64,000 bases of DNA from Octopus vulgaris (GCA_951406725.2 OX597833.1:48918001-48982000), one strand, 5' to 3'; positions 1-14,464 are shown, counted from the stretch's first letter. Notes: generated by a model from the letters alone, not told the origin. Numbers and translations: made by a program.

Positions 1-361
1 ACACACATATATATACATACATGTATATATACACATATATACATATATATACATATATACACACACACACATATATATACATACATACAAACATAAATTT
101 TGCAAACAACTTGCACATGCAAGTGGTACCAGTCAGCAAGTGTATGGGGTCATCAGGAGAGAATGCATCATTTCGCACCAGCCCCACTAAGTGAAATGAG
201 GCCCTACTTGCTAGATCAACCAGTTATCAAATCAAGCTCAATACTCTTCTAGCCATCGTTCATTGTCTCTTTGTAACCACGTATATACACATACATATAC
301 ATATATAGATATACACACATATATATAATTACATCTATATATATATGTGTATATGTGTGTG

Positions 362-482
362 TAGTACTTATTCTATCGATCTCTTTTGCTAAACAGCTAA
401 GTTACGGGGAATCTAAACACACCAGCATCAGTTGTCAAGCGATAGTGGGGAGACAAACACAGACACACAAACATATACATAC

Positions 483-554
<72 letters not shown>

Positions 555-701
555 GCTATATATATCAGTTTCTATATATATATATATTTTATATATACAT
601 ATACACACATATACACATTGCCCAAGTTGCCAACAGTGGAACTAAGCCTGGAATCATGTGGTTGGCAGGTATATATATACCGCACAGCCACTTCTCCACC
701 T
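362..701 (-). mobile_element. SINE family A (tRNA head, internal TA/CA microsatellite), truncated and internally deleted
   Basis: Matches parts of the full copies at 24244 and 61500. Confidence 0.75.
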
Positions 702-804
702 ATACACACACACACGCATATATATACATATATATACACATACAAATACATATATATATACACACATATATATATATTTATATGTATATATATATCTTTA
801 TGTT

Positions 805-1010
805 CTTTTACTCTTTTACTTGTTTCAGTCATTTGACTGTGGCCATGCTGGAACACCGCCTTTAATCGAAAAAATTATTCTTTGTAAGTGTAGTATTTAT
901 TCTATCGGTCTCTTTTGCCGAACTGCTAAGTGACGGGGACATCTAAACACACCAGCATCAGTTGTCAAGCAATGTTAGGGAGACAAACACAGACACAAAC
1001 ACACACATAC

Positions 1011-1061
<51 letters not shown>

Positions 1062-1223
1062 ACAGGCTTCTTTTAGTTTCTGTCTACCAAATCTACTCAC
1101 AAGGCTTTGGTTGGCCTGAGGCTATAGTAGAAGACACTTGCCCAAGGTGCCACACAGTCGGACTGAACCTGGAATCATGTGGTTGGTAAACAAGCTACTT
1201 ACCACACAGCCACTTCTCCACCT
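805..1223 (-). mobile_element. SINE family A copy
   Basis: Reverse copy with head, internal microsatellite and (AAAGAGT)n tail. Confidence 0.85.
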
Positions 1224-1517
1224 ATACACACACACACACATATATATACATATATATGCACACATATAAATACATATATATATACACACATATAAATACA
1301 TATATTTATACACACGTATATATACATTTATATGTATATACATATACATATATATAGATATGTATCCATATATATACATACATATAGATATATATATATA
1401 TATATACATATATACACACAGATATATATACACATATATATACATACATATATATATATATATATATACATATATACACACACACATATATATACATATA
1501 TATATATATACATATAT

Positions 1518-1574
<57 letters not shown>

Positions 1575-1623
1575 TATACACACACATATATATACAGACA
1601 TACACATACATATACACACACAC

Positions 1624-1674
<51 letters not shown>

Positions 1675-1731
1675 CATATACAGATATATATATACATTAA
1701 TATATACATATATATATATACATATATATAC

Positions 1732-1764
<33 letters not shown>

Positions 1765-1771
1765 TATACAG

Positions 1772-1820
<49 letters not shown>
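1223..1820. repeat. Long imperfect (TA)n/(TACA)n microsatellite; similar tracts at 1-350, 3290-3712, 14527-14778, 16870-17085, 52590-52960
   Basis: Directly visible; source of the YIYI ORFs. Confidence 0.95.
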
Positions 1821-1821
<1 letters not shown>

Positions 1822-3616
1822 GAACCAGTAGAAATGTTATTATAGACACACATGAATACACTGAGATTAGAAATCATGCTTATAAAATCTAGAATTTCTT
1901 TGGCATATTTTGTACTGTTGCAAAAGTTATACAGAACTCATAAAAAAATGTCAGCACTTGCACGAGAAATATTTTCAATTTGTGAAATGTTTGTTCTCGG
2001 CAAATGTTGAATTTCTCTATTTGTACTGTTTGTTACTTGTGTGTCAAAAAAAAAAATTATTTGAAATTTCAAATATTCTAATCTCAGCATATAAGCAGCA
2101 ATGATAGTGATATTGGAAGCATTTGTGTTCACCAAATGAATGTTATAGATTCCCTCCCGACTAACGCTGTTAGTAATCCTATAAGCGTGTAGATTCAGAG
2201 AATAACCTCTTTGTGTTTTGAGTGTTTGTTGCGTAACTGTATCAGCCGTAGCCGTAACAGCCAGTATGAGTTCCTTAGTTAGGAACATGTACTGTTGTAT
2301 TCTTTGGAGAATTTTTAGGTAAAGAAAAAATAATAAACAAATCTTCTTACCTAAAAGAGATTCCAGGTAATCCAAGTAGTTCAAAATGCTGTTTCACAGT
2401 GAGTTTTTCAAAATGTCTCTCATTTTCTTCCGCAAGTGTTTTTTTTTTTTTTTTTTGGTGCCAAGATTTTCTAGGAATATATAGTTCATTTGTTTTAAGG
2501 TTTTTGTCGGATTCTCCGTTGTTCTTTCTCTTTAACATCTGAACGTGTTAATGGTACTATCCGAATGGAATTTTTCCTGCTACGCAGCAAGTAAAAGTTT
2601 TTGTCTTTGGAGGTGCCTTTCCTTTTAGAAATGTCTTTGCATTTTTTTCCTTTTTTTTTTTGAAGTGTTTTTGTTTTTTTGAAGTGTCTTTCTGTTTTGA
2701 AGTGTCTTTGTTTTCTTTCCCGCTTCCTTTTCATTTTTGGAAGTTTATCCAAATTTAGTTTGTGATCAGTATAAAGTTTTTGAAAATGACAGCAGAAGTT
2801 TTTACATCAAAATTGTTCAAATGAAATAATTGAGAAAAGACTGATACAAGGCACTCAAAAAAAGCCTTTGATGCAGTTCAACTCATACACTTCTCACTAA
2901 GGTTGGATATCTGCCTCGCATTCTCTAAAATGACTAAACCAACCACAAATGTTGGGCAGGTTAATATTCACAACTAACATAATGCCCAACTGAAGAAAAG
3001 TTTGAGAAAATTATAATTAGAAACAAAGACTTTTGAAGAAATATTTGAAATCAAAATATCTTAATAATGATATCATTATATTTCACCTATAAAAATACTC
3101 TTACTTCATAACCCCGTGGTTAATACCAAGAACTATTGGATTTCGGTTTTGGTGAACACAATTGAACATTCTCCCAGTTAAGGGACTCAATACATCACTT
3201 TACATTTGCAAATATTTACATGTGCATTTACATGTGTCTAGTCAACATTATATCCATATAAACCTATAAGCATGTATTTATGCCCATACACATACACAAA
3301 ATATATGTATTATATATATATATGCATATATTTATATATACCTTGCACATCGTATACATATACTTACATCAATATATAAATACATATACACATTATATAT
3401 ATATAAAAATATACAGATATGTATATACATGAATATATATATATATATATACCTATATATATATATATTTATATATATATAAATATATATATACATATAT
3501 ATATACACATATATATGTATATACATATATATACATATATATATGTATATACATATATATACATATATATACATATATATACATATATATATACATATAT
3601 ATACGTATATATATAC

Positions 3617-3647
<31 letters not shown>

Positions 3648-3652
3648 CATAC

Positions 3653-3685
<33 letters not shown>

Positions 3686-5324
3686 CATATATATCTATAT
3701 ATATATATATATTCCAAATTGTAAATCACTCATCTTTTACATTTCATGATTTTAAAATAAAATATACAGAAATTCTGATATATTCAAAGTGGCATTTTGG
3801 CATTTCTGAAAAAAAAAAAAATTATATATATATATATATATTAATCCTACCTTGAAGCACAGTCAGCCTGAAAATGTTGAAATTTTGTGGACATTAAGCT
3901 TGAAAAATCAAACCTGCTTTGTGCCCAAATCCATTGGCAGCTCTCTGAATGCAATAATATATACATATATGTATACACATATATATATATGTATATATTC
4001 TCCAGAGGAGAATCCATTTCTCAAACAGAAGTATATGAGTTGATGCAACTATATATGGTGCTAACCTTTCCTTTTTTCATTTATAATCATATTATTGAAA
4101 ATGTGGATTGTCAAAATATACATCAGGAATCTGATATTCTGGTTCGTATTCACAAAATTCTTTACAAGATCTAACACACATGTATCTTTTCCTGATTTCA
4201 GCCAGAGGCTGAGGCCATGTAAAGAATATATATACACAAACTCACACACACGTATATATTTATGAACACGTGTGTGTGTGTAAATATATATATATATATA
4301 TATATACACATACATACATACACATATTTACACACATAGACATAAATGCATATACATCCTATCATCATCATATACCTACACATACAAATATATATATGTA
4401 CACATTTATACTCATATATAAAAGAATATATACACACATATATACACATCTTACCATCATCATATACTTGCACACACATATACATATACCAATTTATACA
4501 CACACGCACACATATATAATTCCATTGTAGTAAGCAGTTTGCTTTTTTACTACAAAAAAACTATCAAAAACATGTAACACTCACAAAATAAGGGCTTTAT
4601 ACAAATGTAGAATCTACTTAATTCATTAGACAAAAGTACAGAGTGATTGTGAATGAAACATGTTGCCATCAAGAGCTTGTCTGGTGATCTATTGGTCTCG
4701 AAATTTTGAATTCAAAGCCATTCTGCATTTGTGTCTAAGGGACTCAGTACATCACTTTATGCTTGTGTCTAATGAATTATATATAATTACAAACATATAC
4801 ATAGTTATATAGTGAATACATTATCATTGACATTTCAACCATCATGACGTTGATTGTGTTGGTAATAATGATCTTACTGATGAAGGAAATAATCATAATA
4901 AATTGTTGCTTATAAAATGCAGAAGAATAAAAAGATTGAGTGAACATACAGGTAATTTGAGTGAGTTACCACAAGAAATACATTTAAAAATAAAACCAAG
5001 AAGAAATAAACCTGCTGACTGAAAGGTGTGACATCGTACAAATAATGAGATTAAAAAATAATTCTTTAAGCATCAAAATCCTTGAATAGATGAATGTTAC
5101 AAAATTGCTTTCTTCGTAATTGTTGGGTAAACAGGTCTTTAAGTAATTAAGTGGGACAGATTCAGGTTATGTATTGACTTAAAATAGATTTTGAAAACTT
5201 TAGATATTTCCTAAAATGAAATTATATTATTGAGTGAGAGGGCAGGACATGTAGTCAAAGTGATGCTAGGGTTGTTGTCATTGTTGTTGTTATTATTATT
5301 ATTATTATTATCATTATTATTATT

Positions 5325-5460
5325 CTGTTTGATTTTTGCTTTACATTTGCACAAGCTGGCTCCAAGTCTCACCCAGAGACCTCAAGAGACAAGTTGGAAG
5401 TTCATGTTGGTGTTATGCCTAGGGTGCCGTATATTTGGTTTTGTACTTAGTGTTATACTT
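5325..5460 (-). mobile_element. 3' end fragment of probable R4/Dong-type LINE embedded in (ATT)n
   Basis: Reverse complement of 43610-43755; flanked by (TAA)n on both sides. Confidence 0.6.
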
Positions 5461-5575
5461 ATTATTATTATTATTATTGTTATTATTATCATTTATTATT
5501 ATTATTATCATTATTATCATTTATTATTATTATTATCATTATTATCATTTATTATTATTATTATTATCATTATCA

Positions 5576-5630
<55 letters not shown>

Positions 5631-6849
5631 GGTACCAAGCTGGCAGAATCATTAGAGTGTCAGAAAAAAAATTACTTTGTGCTATATCTTCAGGCTCTTT
5701 ATGTTCATTATCATTATCATAATTAAACCCAATCTATCACCTGGTTTAAAACCACCATGTGACCCTTGGATACTTTTAGTAGAATACAGTATACTGCATA
5801 CTTTTGATCAAAGCCTTTAGAATAACAATAACTCAATCATTTTGATGTTCAGTTTTCTACAGCAGCAATTTTATGAGTTGGGGGTTCCTTTCTCCCTTTT
5901 ATCTCACCAATCACAGAGGCCTGCTCTTCCTTCTCTAATTAAGTCACCATGAATAAAAAAAACAGAAAATATAGATTTTTATAGATTGAGTTCATGGCAA
6001 ATGAAAATGAGATTGGGAGTAACAAGCATGACTCACTCAACAGCATCAACAATGTGAATTGGCTACTGCTTAGAATGAATTTTGGTACCACATACTGCTC
6101 ATTTATAATGTACCTTGGCCTAATGGTATGTCTTGGAAATGAGAATAGAGTTGATATAGGACAAGAAATAATGTCTTTCATTTCTTAACAGTTATTATTC
6201 AATTAAAGCCTCTTTAAAATTTTTCTCATGAATATATATATACACACATATATGTGTTGTCTAGGTATGTATATATTACTGTATGTGAGATAAATAAGGA
6301 CTATTATTCCTGGATTATATATATTTGGTCGAAATATAATGCTGGTTTAAGCAGTTTTACATTTTTGGATCATGGCCTAATGAAAAAGTTAAGCAATTTT
6401 GATGTTACCTGATATGTTGAATAAATAAGTCCCTGAGGGAGATGATAGAAATTTCATATTCAACCTTACTATTTGTTCATTTCTTAATTTCTTAATTTCC
6501 ACAACAGGTTTATTTCTTTTTGGTAAAACTCATTACATATGTACATATATATCACATGATATTTTCATTGGTCATGTACAAGGACACATCATCATCATCA
6601 TTAACAAACATCTGCAGCAACAGTGATTTCATTTCATATACTTTTACAATCCATTAATAGAAAAAGATAAAAAAAAAAACGGTGTATAAAGTGACAGATG
6701 GAATATATTTAAGAAGTGAACACAATGAACAAAAAGAAAAATCATTGGATCTATCTAAAGACCAAATAATACATTTTATGTACTGTGTAGTTTTATACAA
6801 AACAATGAATAAGATAGTTCATTTAGGCTTTAATAACCTTTTATATTAA

Positions 6850-7085
6850 CCCTTTCCTTACTGTATTTATTTTGAGATGCTCTGTGTTTCTTTCAATTAC
6901 ATTAAATATAACAAAGAATTTAGTAAAACAACTTAGTTATCATTCAGCTGGTGTTAGTAAAACAACTTAGTTATCATTCAGCTGGTGACTAAGGTTTGGT
7001 GGAAGATTTTAATTCAAAACTTATGTAAACAAGCTTTTTGTACTGAGAGCCAGAGCCAGTTTCAGCCAGGTTGGTAATGAAAGGG
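6850..7085. mobile_element. TTAA-target (piggyBac-like) MITE, family 1
   Basis: TTAA on both sides; termini CCCTTTC.TTAC / GTAATGAAAGGG; internal 34-bp tandem duplication 6920-6987; inverted copy at 63362-63581. Confidence 0.8.
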
Positions 7086-8129
7086 TTAATCTGACTCAAC
7101 AAATAAAGTGTTATTGGGAAAAGCAGAAGCAACAGAATAACATCACTGCAATTCTTTGGGATTTTTATAATCATAACAGCTTATAGACTTCCTAAAATTG
7201 TCTATTTCTTAAGGGAAAATTTAAAAGATAGTTTAAAAGTCCTAATAATTTAATGCGTAACAGTACATAGGGTTATTTAATTGGCCTTTAGAGATGAATA
7301 AACAGTTTGGACATTGAGCATAAATGATGGATTTGAGTTTTTTTTTTCAAATTTGTTACAACAGGTAACAAAATTTTGATCAATTATTCCAGACGAAATA
7401 TATTTTCTTTAACAGTTAATGAAAGTATTCTGTGTAATTTAACAATTGATAATGAAAAGTATGAATTTGTATTAATCATTAAGAAATTTCATTCTGATTA
7501 ATTAAAATCATTGTTAGTAAAGAATAATCTTATTAAGAGTTTGAATTACCTTTGCGGTAAATTGGAGTAGTTTCAGAGTATAAAGGTATTGGCAAAGTAA
7601 TAATTACTTTCATTTTTAAACATTTCTGCATTCCTATCTTATTCATAATATCAACATAATTTAAAAACCATTCTGAAATTTTAGTGTTTTATACCTTGAC
7701 AGTAGATTGTCTGAATAAGTCTGTACAATATATATTACCATAGATAAATATCAAAATAATATTTTAATCTATAAACATTAAATTAATATCCTTAGTCATT
7801 ATGTCTTGCAGACAAATTCTCACCCCACATCTTTTGAAAGAATTACAAAAATAGATTGTTATTGAAATTGTTATAGCCATAGCATGCTTTAAGGTTAAAA
7901 TATAAAAAAATGTTCAAAATTGAACTTCAGAAGTAGGTAATGTCTTTTAAAAATTATAACAATTTTAAGGTGTGTGGTATAAAAAATATATTCAAATGTT
8001 GCCCAATTTCTCATTGTGAAATAGGATATATTTGGTTGCTTCTGTATGTGATAAATCAATACGAAAATAAATGAATATTTAAATCAATTAATAATAAATC
8101 TCTGACTGAGATGTAAACAGTAACTGCAC

Positions 8130-8450
8130 GACAATGTGCTTGCATACAGTTTTTCGAGATCAGTGACAAAAAGTTACTGGAAAAATGTAATAAGGATTTG
8201 CATTGGGACTCCCTTCATCGAAAACCGGTGATTGTCGTACGCCAATGACAGGTCAATACCTAGAAACTGCAGTCCGTGCATATCACTTAGGTTGACGAGG
8301 GAGGGATGACCTCCCCTTTGCAAATACCACAAGGGCACAGAAAGTGTGCCTAAAGCCAGCTGGAAACGATGCTCTCATGGGGCTACAAGCTACAGTAACA
8401 CCCACCCTTAGTGGTTAGCCATATTGAGATGGCTAGTATACCTCACATTA
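8130..8450 (-). mobile_element. Unclassified GC-richer interspersed repeat, possibly RTE 5'-UTR-derived
   Basis: Compositional island with short hairpins; one end weakly resembles the 5' motif of the element at 51635. Confidence 0.3.
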
Positions 8451-8596
8451 GATCAATTAGTTTTACAGAATATTTAGTTAAATATTATGGCAAGAAAGGG
8501 GTGAAGTAACAGCTAAAACCAAAAGGTTTCCCAGGTAAACATAGATAAAAGAATTGCTTAAGGAATAAACAATGGGAAAAGAAATATGCCACTTAC

Positions 8597-8741
8597 TTTC
8601 GTAGAAAAATGTGAAACACATATTCATTAATGACTTTGCCGGGGTATAGTCCTCTGCCATGTGACATTCGAATAATACCACTGAGAAATATTGGACTAGA
8701 CGGAAGAAAATCTGTTCATCAACTCTCTTGTTGTGCACTCT
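8597..8741 (-). CDS. KIAA0513: KIAA0513-like coding exon, 145 bp: RVHNKRVDEQIFFRLVQYFSVVLFECHMAEDYTPAKSLMNMCFTFFYE
   Basis: Polypyrimidine tract plus CAG acceptor 8744-8742; GTAAG donor after 8597 (phase 1). F.RLVQ.F.VVLFECH..DD..PAK.LM.MCFT is the KIAA0513 motif as I recall it. Confidence 0.9.
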
Positions 8742-8805
8742 CTGTAAAAGGAAAGAAATGAATACTAAATATATATAATTTTTGGACAGATGTGTACCTT
8801 TAGAC

Positions 8806-9008
8806 CAGGGGTGGGCAAACTACGGCCCGCGGGCTGCATGCGGCCCGCCGAGAGGAATATTTCACAAAATTTCCTTTCAATCAATTGTGTGTTTATAGGT
8901 CTTTAACCGCCTTTAAAAATATTTTCACTTGATTATTATAAATGAGGCCCGCCAAGGTTCCAAAGACGCACTGTGCGGCCCGCGATCAAAAAAGTTTGCC
9001 CACCCCTG
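8806..9008. mobile_element. hAT (Charlie-like) MITE
   Basis: 16-bp perfect TIR CAGGGGTGGGCAAACT; 8-bp TSD CTTTAGAC (8798-8805 and 9009-9016). Confidence 0.93.
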
Positions 9009-9248
9009 CTTTAGACCGTATCTATTTTTTCCAGACCATCAATGTGAAGTGAAAGTGTAACCCAAACTTTGATTTCAATTAGTGTGACTCAAGCCATAAA
9101 TAGAGCTATCTGAGAGGGCTTCCCATTAACTAAACAAAAGAAAACTGAAAATATTTGCTTTAAATCTACTGTAAATTGTCAAGGGATTTTACAGAATAAA
9201 AAAAATGTGTAATCTATTTCTTTAAAGAAATAGTTTCAGTTTAACTAA

Positions 9249-9485
9249 TTTACTCTTTTACTTGTTTCAGTCATCATTTGACTGTGGCCATGCTGGAGCA
9301 CCGCCTTTAGTCGAGCAAATCGACCCCAGGACTTATTCTTTGTAAGCCCAGTACTTATTCTATCGGTCTCTTTTTGCTGAACTGCTAAGTTACAGGGATG
9401 TAAACACACCAGCATCGGTTGTCAAGCGATGTTAGGGGGGGGGGGCAAACACAGACACACAAACATATACACACACACATACATA

Positions 9486-9545
<60 letters not shown>

Positions 9546-9694
9546 TACAACAGGCTTCTTTCAGTTACTGTCTACCAAATCCACTCACAAGGCTTTGGTT
9601 GGCCCGAGACTATAGTAGAAGACACTTGTCGAAGGTGCCATGCAGTGGGACTGAACCTGGAACAATGTGGTTAGTAAACAAGCTTCTTACCACA
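9249..9694 (-). mobile_element. SINE family A copy (intronic)
   Basis: Near-full reverse copy. Confidence 0.88.
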
Positions 9695-10471
9695 TTTCAA
9701 GAGCTATTCTCTAGGAAAGTGAGTTAATGTTTCTGAGAACAATCATTTCATAATTATTGAGGATCATAATAAATGTATATGAGCATAAATGTCAGGTGTT
9801 AGATTATTGATGTTTAATGGAAAAAAGGAAGGGTGGGGGTGGGGGGAACTACCAAGGATAGATATACATATTTATTAGTAAATGTCAAGTCTCTAAATAT
9901 GTGTTTATGAAGAATGAATGCTCTGATACTAAGATAACACTCCTTTTTTTCTCTGACAGTAAATATCTTAAGGTGATAAAATTTACGAACGATTTTCTAT
10001 CTGGTGGTTACTACCCATTGTTTATATAAGCTAATGAAAATCAGTTTCATTGTTAGTGATACTTGTATCAGCTTGCATTCCAAAATAATATAACTTACTG
10101 GATGGAGAATTGCTGTTATATTTACTTTTGGTTACTACAATATCAGAAAATGTTGATAAAAAGAAAAGTTGAATGACTGGAAAATAAAAACACTACAAAT
10201 AAAGCCATGCAGAGGAAATCATTTAAAATCAATGGAAATGTGCTTAAAAATAGCCATGGCAATGAGCTGAATGGTAGTGCTTAATGCATTTACATAATCA
10301 ATAATTTCTGCATTGTACATGCATATTAGCATTAAATATGATGAAGTTTTACTGAGCAAGTCACTAAGTAAACATACTAGGGTGTGAATGTATTGGCACT
10401 AAGTATAAGAACTACTGATAGATTAACTTTCACACATTACATAAGAATAAATGATAAAAATCAAAGCTTAC

Positions 10472-10565
10472 TTGAGAGTTGACATATCTGGCAAACCAAA
10501 TTCTTCCTGGTTGATGTTGGCAAAGTTCCCCAAATTTCGCTTTCTCTGTTTGAGAAATCTCTTCA
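10472..10565 (-). CDS. KIAA0513: KIAA0513-like coding exon, 94 bp: (N)EEISQTEKAKFGELCQHQPGRIWFARYVNSQ
   Basis: Absent from the ORF track; read manually. TAG acceptor 10568-10566, GTAAG donor after 10472; phases (2 in, 0 out) fit both neighbours. KAKFGE.C....GR.WFARYV..Q resembles KIAA0513. Confidence 0.88.
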
Positions 10566-11609
10566 CTATTAAGAGTTAAATACAGAAAGATGAATTACAT
10601 TAACACTTAGTGAAACAGTCAATTTGAAATGTATTCAATCTTTCTACATGGCTACATGAGAATGCAGTTCTACTGTGTGCTTTTGGATGTGTGGTGTAGA
10701 AAAACTGAAGTTCATCTCATAACTACAAATAAATTCCTTTTTACATACATACACACATAGACATATATGTATATGTACACATATATAGAAAGTATATATA
10801 TAATGAATAATGTATACAATTTTGCTATAAAAATGTCTTTATCTAACTATCTCTAAAATATAATTAAAAAAAACTATAGATTTCATCTAAACGAATCTGT
10901 GATTAACTTTTAGTCTTAAAATATTAAAATACTTGTTTAATTCATATAAATAACATGGATACAGGTTTCTAATAAAACTGTTAGAAATTAAAGTATAACA
11001 ACCAGCTAGACAAAGGCTTTAGATGCACAATAATAAATTATATTTAACCTATACCAGGCTAAAAAAAACATACATAATACTAAATATGAAAATAACTTCA
11101 GCCCCAAGCCTGTGGTCTCAGTAAACACACCAAGACATTTTCATTTAACACTTATAGAATATAATGTTATGAAATGCTTTATTTTGAAACTTTAATCTAT
11201 GCCAAACTTGATAATTATTTGTAGGTATGATTCTAGGATGACATAGAAAGGATTTCCCTAGACAACACTAAAATTTGGTACTTGGAATTTTCAATGCTAA
11301 CACTTCAGAACAACAAATATATAATCACATTAAACTTGTAATTCAGGGAGATATCTATTTTTTTAGTTTTAGCTAGAAAGTGTTTTATTATTAAGTATAG
11401 CTTTTAGTTATTAACACAATTTTTTACTAATTTTTATTTAATAAGTCCCCATTTAAAAGCAACATTTAACTACGCATCATGTGTAGAATCACAGAAAAAC
11501 TATTTACTTTATCACAAATTTAGAAAAGAAAAGGTTTCAAACCTCAAATGAAAAAAGAAAAAAAAAACATATTCCTTTCAAATAATCAAGTAGTAAATTT
11601 TAAACTTAC

Positions 11610-14398
11610 TTCAACAAGAATATTTTTTCTACAAACATTTTCATAAACTCCATGCATTCCAGAGTGATGTCATCAGGCTGGCTTTCAATGCTATAAGTAG
11701 AATCCCATGATTGCTCTGATTCCATAGATAGAGAACGGTGGTAAGGCTCTCCCCCGAATTCATCTCCTGATGAATCGATGCTGGAGTGTCGTCCAGCCTC
11801 TCCGCCGTAACCTCCATCAGAAGAATCGGGGCTGAGTCGACGGCGGTCAGTCTTCCTTTTAGCTGCCGTTGGCTTGTGACGCCTTTCGCTATAGCCTCTG
11901 CGCTGATCCTCTTCATCAAAAGAAATCAGATCTCCCATGGGCATGAGAGTTCGACGTCTACTAGCTGTTTCAGCTGCTTCTGATGTTTGTGCTTCAGCTT
12001 GATCTTCAGGTGGTTCAACGTAGTCATCAAACAGCATTTCATCAACTGTACTCGATCGGCGACGCCCTGGGGCAAATTTCCCTCCTCGTTTTTCATCCAT
12101 TTCTCGCTCTAAGTCTTCAGACGATGGTGATCGGAGAATTCGTTCTGATGGTTCTGATAACCTACCACTTGCAGTAGTTCTCTGCTGGTGTTCAGTCGAC
12201 TCCCGATCACTATATTCGCCTAATCTTGGTGCTGATCTCCGGCCAGGTCGTTCAATTGGTTTAAAAGCAGATCGATGACGGTCAGCAGGAATGGGTGTTG
12301 GTTTTGCAATACCGTGATCAGATCTGTGACGGTAGTAATCAGATTCTCTATCAGTCCTTTGAGATTGCCGTCTTGTTGGTTCGGGAGCTACTTTCTGTGT
12401 ATGTTTATCAGGGAGGGGAGGGGCTGGCCGGTGACTATGGTAATATTCAGCCTCAGATGATGGGGATCTAAGAACACTACGTTCTGGATCATCAGCTACT
12501 CTTTGAGTTTGCCGTGAAACTCGAGGTCGATCAGTAGGTTCTGGTGATGAGTGTTGGTCATAGTAATCTGAACTTGATCGCTGGCGAGAGGAGAGAGGGG
12601 GTGCTGCTCTTTGGCCCTGCCGGGCAGCTGATTCTTCAATTGATCTTTGGTTGTATCGCTCTATTTCCCTGTCTCCTCTCAGTCCATAACGATCTGAAGA
12701 ATCATCTATTGATCTTTGACTATATCGGTCAAGGGAATCTCTGTCTAAACGATGACTATGTCGATCTGCTCCATCTGGTATTGTTCTTTGACTATGGAAT
12801 TCTGTAGATTTTTGGCTTCTAAGGGTCGATCCTGATTTTGTAATATCATGTTCCTGATCTAATCTTTGGCTACGCCGCTGCAAAGGTTCTGGAGATGATC
12901 TTTGGCTACGTCTTTGAGCTGGTATTGGAGATGATCTTTCACTTCGACGATGGCTTGTATCTTGACCGGATCTTGTCTGAGCAGCAGGTGTTGTACGTTG
13001 TGAATATCGATCTATAGATTCCGAATAACCTCGAGAATCACCTAAACTAATTTTATGTGGGTCTGACGAATCAGAAATCCTATGACGTTCTGATGGGTCT
13101 ACAGTTGTCCTTTGATGGCGGTCAAGAGGATCCTGAGATCTTTGAATTGGCCTACCAGTATGATCTAAAGCTTCTAATCTCTGTCTGTCTAATATGTCTT
13201 GACCTTTAGGTCCATACCTGTCTATTGAATCTTGACTAATTCTTTGACCTCGATGGTCAGTTAGATCTTGTCCAGACCTATGACGTTCAGTAAGTTCCTG
13301 ACTACCTCGTGATGTACGACGAGCTATTGGTTCCCCACCTGATCGTTGGTCACGAAAACGCTCTATTGGTTCCTGTCCTTGCCGTACACCTTGTCGTTCA
13401 GTGATACTTAGTTCTTGTCCAGATCTTGAAAGACGACGTTCTGGCTCTGGTTTTGCTCGCTGGCCTTGTGGTGGAGATGATCGACTGTGGCGTTCTGTTG
13501 GTTGAGGTGATGACCTTTGTCCCTGTCTTTCAGAATGAGATTTCTGCTGTTGTCGTTCTGTTAAAGGTGGAGTAGATTTCTGACCTTGTCCCAAGCGGTC
13601 ACTTTGTGAACTTCCTGGTCTTTGACCTCGCCGGTCTAATTTTTGTCTTTCAGCTGGAGTTGGAGATGACCTTTGGGTTTGTTCAGCAGAAGGAGAAGTT
13701 CTCTGCCTGTCAGCAGCTGATTTTTGAGTAGGTCGTTCACCAGTCTTTTGCTGATATTGTCCAGGCTGACCTTGGGATTGCGGTCCAGCTTTCTGACCAG
13801 GTTTAATTTGGCCAGAGGCTAACCTTGATTGAGAACTCTCAGATAAACTATCTCTTTGAGCTTCATCATGAGGAATATTTACATCATTTCTTTCAGAAAC
13901 AGGGTCTTTAAGATCTCTGCGAGTGGCTGAAATATCAACTTTATCTAGAGGTTTGCTTTGGAGACTAGTTGTTGGAGGGGGTGTCGCCTTTAGTCCTAGA
14001 GGAACACCAATTCGTGGTGTGGGTATCCCTTGTTGCCGAGCTAATTTGGGATCTGGCAGAACAGGTGGAAACCCTTGTTGTGGTGTTATCCCTCGTGGTT
14101 GGCTTCCTGGAACTATTGGAGGAAAACCAAGTGGACGCTGTTGGCCATGTGCAGTAGGATGTTGTGGTGGTGCATTTCTGGGAGGATTTCGGTTGAAGGC
14201 AGCAGGTTGCCCAACATTTGATGGTATTTCTTCTCCTTTAATAAATGAATCAACCTTATTTGACAAATCACTAAATATTCCGTCCTTTTTAGCTGTGACA
14301 GAATTCAGAAAGTTGGATGTTCCTGCAAAGAAACTCGATCCAAATCCGGCACCAACTGGATTTCCAGGAACTTTTTTACCAAAAAATCCTAAATCCAT
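11610..14398 (-). CDS. KIAA0513: First coding exon of KIAA0513-like gene (~929 codons; long R/Q/S/P-rich low-complexity N-terminus, then start of the conserved region ...DDITLECMEFMKMFVEKIFLL)
   Basis: 930-aa ORF. ATG at 14398 with an in-frame TGA 4 codons upstream; CAG acceptor at 14467-14465; GTAAG donor right after 11610 (phase 2). Splices in frame to the next two exons, which resemble KIAA0513 (recalled similarity, not searched). Confidence 0.85.
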
Positions 14399-14464
14399 TC
14401 TAAGAAATCACCTCCGCCTGTCAGCAATGACACACCATTGACTTGGCAACAATATTTTGTTACC
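14399..14464 (-). other. 5' UTR part of the giant exon (implies an upstream non-coding exon)
   Basis: T-rich tract and CAG acceptor at 14467-14465; in-frame stop before the ATG. Confidence 0.7.

Noticed and set aside
355-4530. Many YIYI/HTHT/CVCV ORFs here and throughout the window
   Set aside because: Translations of dinucleotide microsatellites and SINEs; no coding signal.
4675-4720. CTGGTGA...CGAAA...TTC hammerhead-like string
   Set aside because: Core mutated and stem II does not pair; too degenerate to call.
8478-8596. C-terminal part of the 86-aa ORF 8478-8738
   Set aside because: Read-through past the GTAAG donor into intron.
13923-14441. 172-aa plus-strand ORF and other short ORFs over the giant exon
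   Set aside because: Antisense or off-frame shadows of the real exon.
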